Origin: an uncultured cyanobacterium
Lineage (GTDB): Bacteria; Cyanobacteriota; Cyanobacteriia; Cyanobacteriales; CAWUOF01
NCBI GenBank assembly: GCA_963744145.1
Contig: CAVUSO010000001.1
Span: 1,312,001 to 1,376,000, forward strand
Reading direction: 5' to 3'
DNA: 64,000 bases
Part shown: one piece after another, positions 60,951 to 64,000 of the stretch
Layout of the letters: each line of letters begins with the position of its first letter
How positions within the stretch are numbered: the stretch's first letter is position 1
Made by a program: the position numbers and the translations under genes
Notes under the pieces: generated by a model
What the model was told of the DNA's origin: nothing
The model's database searches: none
What the model saw: only the letters and a program-made list of their open reading frames with translations

Positions 60951-62306
60951 TCAAGCAGAAGCAGGTTTAATCACCACTACTCCATAAGCATCAGGAGATA
61001 AATAGCGACGAGCAGCGATTTGGAGATCACGAGCAGTGAGTGCTTGAATCCGAGCTGGATAATTGAGAACAGTCCCTAAGTCTCCGACCATGGATTGATA
61101 GTAACCATACATACTCGCGCGATCGCTCGGAGTTTCATTCGCAAAAATAAAGCGATTCGCGACTTGCGTTCCCACCCGATTAATTTCTGTTTCTGTTGCG
61201 AGTTCGGTTTGGAGAATGCGTAAATGTTCTGCGATCGCAGCTTCAGCAGCAGGCAAATTTTCTTCTGGTAGATGAGCAATAATGGAAAATGTTCCTTGCA
61301 ACTGGTTAGTCATATTGTTCGCAGAAATCTGAGAGACGAGATGTCTGCTTTCTCGGAGATCGCGAATTAAACGGGAAGTCCGACCGTTAGCTAAAATTGC
61401 TGATAACACATCAAGAGCATAAGTTTCTGACAATTCAGTTAATCCAGGGACCCGCCAAATCATTACTAAACGGGCTTGTTGTAAACTATCATCAACAAAT
61501 TCCTGACGAGTAATTTGGGTAAATGGAGACTCCGTAGACCAAGGATCGGGTTCAGGAGGATTAATCACTGCTAAGTTTTGTTGTGGCAAACTATGATTAA
61601 ATCCTTGAGCGACAGTTTGAATTAATGTTTCAACGGGTAGATTACCCACTGCGACTGCGGTAACTGCACTGGGTTGATAATTAGTTTGATGGAAATCCCG
61701 CATTTGTTGGGATGTTAATTTTTCGACGATCGCAGCGGGTCCTAAAACTGAACGTCGATAGGGTAATTTTTCAAAAGCAAGTTCCATTGCTCGTTGATAA
61801 GTACGACGACGGACGTTATCTTCGGAGCGACGAATTTCTTCTAACACCACTAAGCGTTCCCGTTCAAATGCTTCATCTTCGAGGGTAGGATTAAACACCA
61901 CATCCATTTGTAATGGTGCTAAATCAACAAAATCCCGGGGAGCTGTGGTGATGTAATAGTGGGTGTAATCTTGACTGGTACAAGCGTTAGTAATAGCACC
62001 TCGTTCTTCAATCCTGGTCTCAAATTCACCGCTGGTAAGGTTAGGAGTACCTTTAAATACCATGTGTTCTAAAAAATGAGCCATCCCGTTAATCTGATCA
62101 GATTCTACCGCAGAACCAACCTTGACCCATAAACTCAGATTTACCGATTCGACTGGGATCTGTTCCGCTACAATGGTCAACCCGTTGGGTAGTTTACATA
62201 TAGTAGGGAAATTGAGACGATGCAGCAATGGTGACTTAATTAGGGTTGCTGTCATTATTTTATGTCCGGTTATTTTTCCTAATTTTGTGGTGCGATCTCT
62301 TTCCAT
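60951..62306 (-). CDS. M16 (pitrilysin) family Zn peptidase (start probably ATG 62255)
   Basis: GMAHFLEHMVFKGT HxxEH motif, ERERLVVLEE. Confidence 0.93.
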   Translation of the reverse strand: MERDRTTKLGKITGHKIMTATLIKSPLLHRLNFPTICKLPNGLTIVAEQIPVESVNLSLWVKVGSAVESDQINGMAHFLEHMVFKGTPNLTSGEFETRIEERGAITNACTSQDYTHYYITTAPRDFVDLAPLQMDVVFNPTLEDEAFERERLVVLEEIRRSEDNVRRRTYQRAMELAFEKLPYRRSVLGPAAIVEKLTSQQMRDFHQTNYQPSAVTAVAVGNLPVETLIQTVAQGFNHSLPQQNLAVINPPEPDPWSTESPFTQITRQEFVDDSLQQARLVMIWRVPGLTELSETYALDVLSAILANGRTSRLIRDLRESRHLVSQISANNMTNQLQGTFSIIAHLPEENLPAAEAAIAEHLRILQTELATETEINRVGTQVANRFIFANETPSDRASMYGYYQSMVGDLGTVLNYPARIQALTARDLQIAARRYLSPDAYGVVVIKPASA

Positions 62307-62564
62307 GCTAGATGGTTGGAGTCGGGAGATGGTTGAAATTGTCAGGGTTTTGTGTTTTTAGGTAAAAGAATCATTTTCATGCTGCTTGGTTGATTTGTGA
62401 TTCAATTTTAACTACTTATATAACGAAATGTAAAGTAAATCAATTTCTTTACTATTTCATATATCGTTACAAATAAGCCAAGCCTTACTGTGAGGGTATT
62501 TCAGATTTTGGGATTAAATTGATGTAGTTTAGCAAACTCAGATCTAATCAAAAGATTAGACAAG

Positions 62565-62660
62565 CAAGCAAAAGTCATTTTCGGACAGACAAGATGTCTG
62601 TCCCACCAGAACTAATGACTCTTGTGGGACAGTCATCTTGACTGTCCTAGTTATTTTGGC
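62565..62660. repeat. degenerate copy of the 59238 MITE
   Basis: GGACAGACAAGATGTCTGTCCCAC…CTCTTGTGGGACAGTCATCTTGACTGTCCTAGTTATTTT. Confidence 0.65.
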
Positions 62661-62861
62661 TTTCTTGTTTATTATTCCAGTTGCAGATGCTCGGATCAAC
62701 ATAAGTATCTATTTTTACCATAATTGCCAAAGTGTCCCGCTCAGTAGAAAAAGTAAAGTATTGTCCAAAAATAAAAAACTGATGTATAATCAAAAGTCTG
62801 TAGCTAAAAGTGCCAAAAGCATTAAGACTAACAGTTAAGCTGAAAAGGGGTATGTCTAAGC

Positions 62862-64000
62862 GTGAAAACTGCTAAAACAAATATTTATCAAGTTGAAAAA
62901 ATAGCGAAAAATCAGAATTTATCTAATTTAGATTACCGCGATCGCCAGCATAATTATCATTATATCAATACTCTCTTAGCTGTAGCTACCTCTAAAGGGA
63001 ATTATCAGTTTCATCACCAGAGCAAAACTCCACCGGATGGATGTCCAAGGATACCGATCGATCTGCACTTACGACCATATCAGCAGCAAGCTGTAGTGAA
63101 TTGGTTTGAGAATCAAGGACGTGGTACATTAAAAATGGCAACTGGTAGTGGTAAGACAATTACTGCTCTAGCGATCGCGACGGAACTTTATCATAAAATT
63201 GGTTTACAAGTATTATTAGTTATCTGTCCTTATCGACATTTAGTTACTCAATGGGGAAGGGAATGTGAGAAGTTTGGCTTAAAACCTATTTTAGCTTTTG
63301 AAGATGTGCGAACTTGGCAAAGTCAGCTTTCCATAGAATTATATCATCTCCAATGCGATCGCCAATCTTTTCTGACTATTATTACTACTAATGCTACTTT
63401 AATGGGAGAGGGATTCCAATCCCAGTTACGTTATTTACCCGAAAAAACCTTAATTATTGGTGATGAAGCTCATAATTTAGGTGCACCTCGTTTAGAGGAA
63501 AGTTTACCGCGCCAAATTGGGTTAAGATTAGCTTTATCTGCAACACCAGAAAGATATTTTGATGATCTCGGTACGGAGGTTTTATTAAATTATTTTGGAC
63601 CGGTATTGCAACCAGAACTTAGTTTAGCAGATGCAATCCAACAGGGAGCATTAGTCCATTATTTTTATTATCCACTATTAATTAATTTAACAGAATCAGA
63701 AGCGCGTGCTTATGGGAAGTTAACTAAGAGAATTGGTTGGGCTCTGATGGAGCGGGAGGATCTTAAACCAGATCTAAGTGTGACTGCTTTATTAATGCAG
63801 CGATCGCGTTTAATTGGTGCAGCAGCTAATAAGTTAAAGGTGTTGCGACAGTTAATGTTAAAGCGATTGCATACTACCCATACCTTATTTTATTGTGGAG
63901 ATGGTGTAGTAGATTCAGCGACAAGTAAGAGATGCGATCGACAATTAATCGAAGTGATGAAAATGCTGGGTGCGGATCTTGGTTATCGAGTTAATAGTTA
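62862..64000 (+). CDS. DEAH-box SF2 helicase, probable DNA phosphorothioation-associated restriction enzyme (partial, runs off the window; not in the ORF track)
   Basis: hand translation from GTG 62862: LRPYQQQAVVNWFENQGRGTLKMATGSGKT, CPYRHLVTQW, IGDEAHNLG, LALSATPERYFD. Confidence 0.8.
   Translation, partial: MKTAKTNIYQVEKIAKNQNLSNLDYRDRQHNYHYINTLLAVATSKGNYQFHHQSKTPPDGCPRIPIDLHLRPYQQQAVVNWFENQGRGTLKMATGSGKTITALAIATELYHKIGLQVLLVICPYRHLVTQWGRECEKFGLKPILAFEDVRTWQSQLSIELYHLQCDRQSFLTIITTNATLMGEGFQSQLRYLPEKTLIIGDEAHNLGAPRLEESLPRQIGLRLALSATPERYFDDLGTEVLLNYFGPVLQPELSLADAIQQGALVHYFYYPLLINLTESEARAYGKLTKRIGWALMEREDLKPDLSVTALLMQRSRLIGAAANKLKVLRQLMLKRLHTTHTLFYCGDGVVDSATSKRCDRQLIEVMKMLGADLGYRVNS

Noticed and set aside
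1..64000. Over-represented GCGATCGC
   Set aside because: This is the well-known cyanobacterial HIP1; not novel.

Overview
Chromosomal segment of a cyanobacterium: HIP1 octamers (GCGATCGC) are abundant, psbEFLJ and ndhCKJ are present, and sepJ/tftA homologues suggest a filamentous strain. Most of the window is housekeeping: nblR, NAD kinase, ycf39, priA, sbcC, thrS, groESL with K-box and CIRCE, deoC-recO-MFS-dgdA, ndhCKJ, rubA-ycf48-psbEFLJ, sepJ, an amidase, an M16 peptidase, and a partial DEAH helicase at the right edge. Two accessory zones stand out. (1) 12-23 kb: a tandem array of four dCache-HAMP-histidine kinases on a 2505-bp period, with variable sensor pockets and near-identical signalling halves; copy 3 is broken by an IS5-family element. 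(2) 31.3-38.05 kb: a modular island bounded by three copies of a ~127-bp deoC-upstream block. It is built from reshuffled non-coding modules (a fixed-spacing inverted repeat x4, a TGAACGCA junction octamer x5), three heptad-variable coiled-coil genes, two Uma2 nucleases, a vapBC pair, two unrelated genes sharing one upstream block, and a densely structured non-coding segment; no integrase is visible. Also notable are a ModA-like protein with altered ligand residues coupled to a CHASE3 kinase, and several MITE/REP insertions whose empty sites lie in the same window. All family assignments come from motif recognition by eye; no searches were run.
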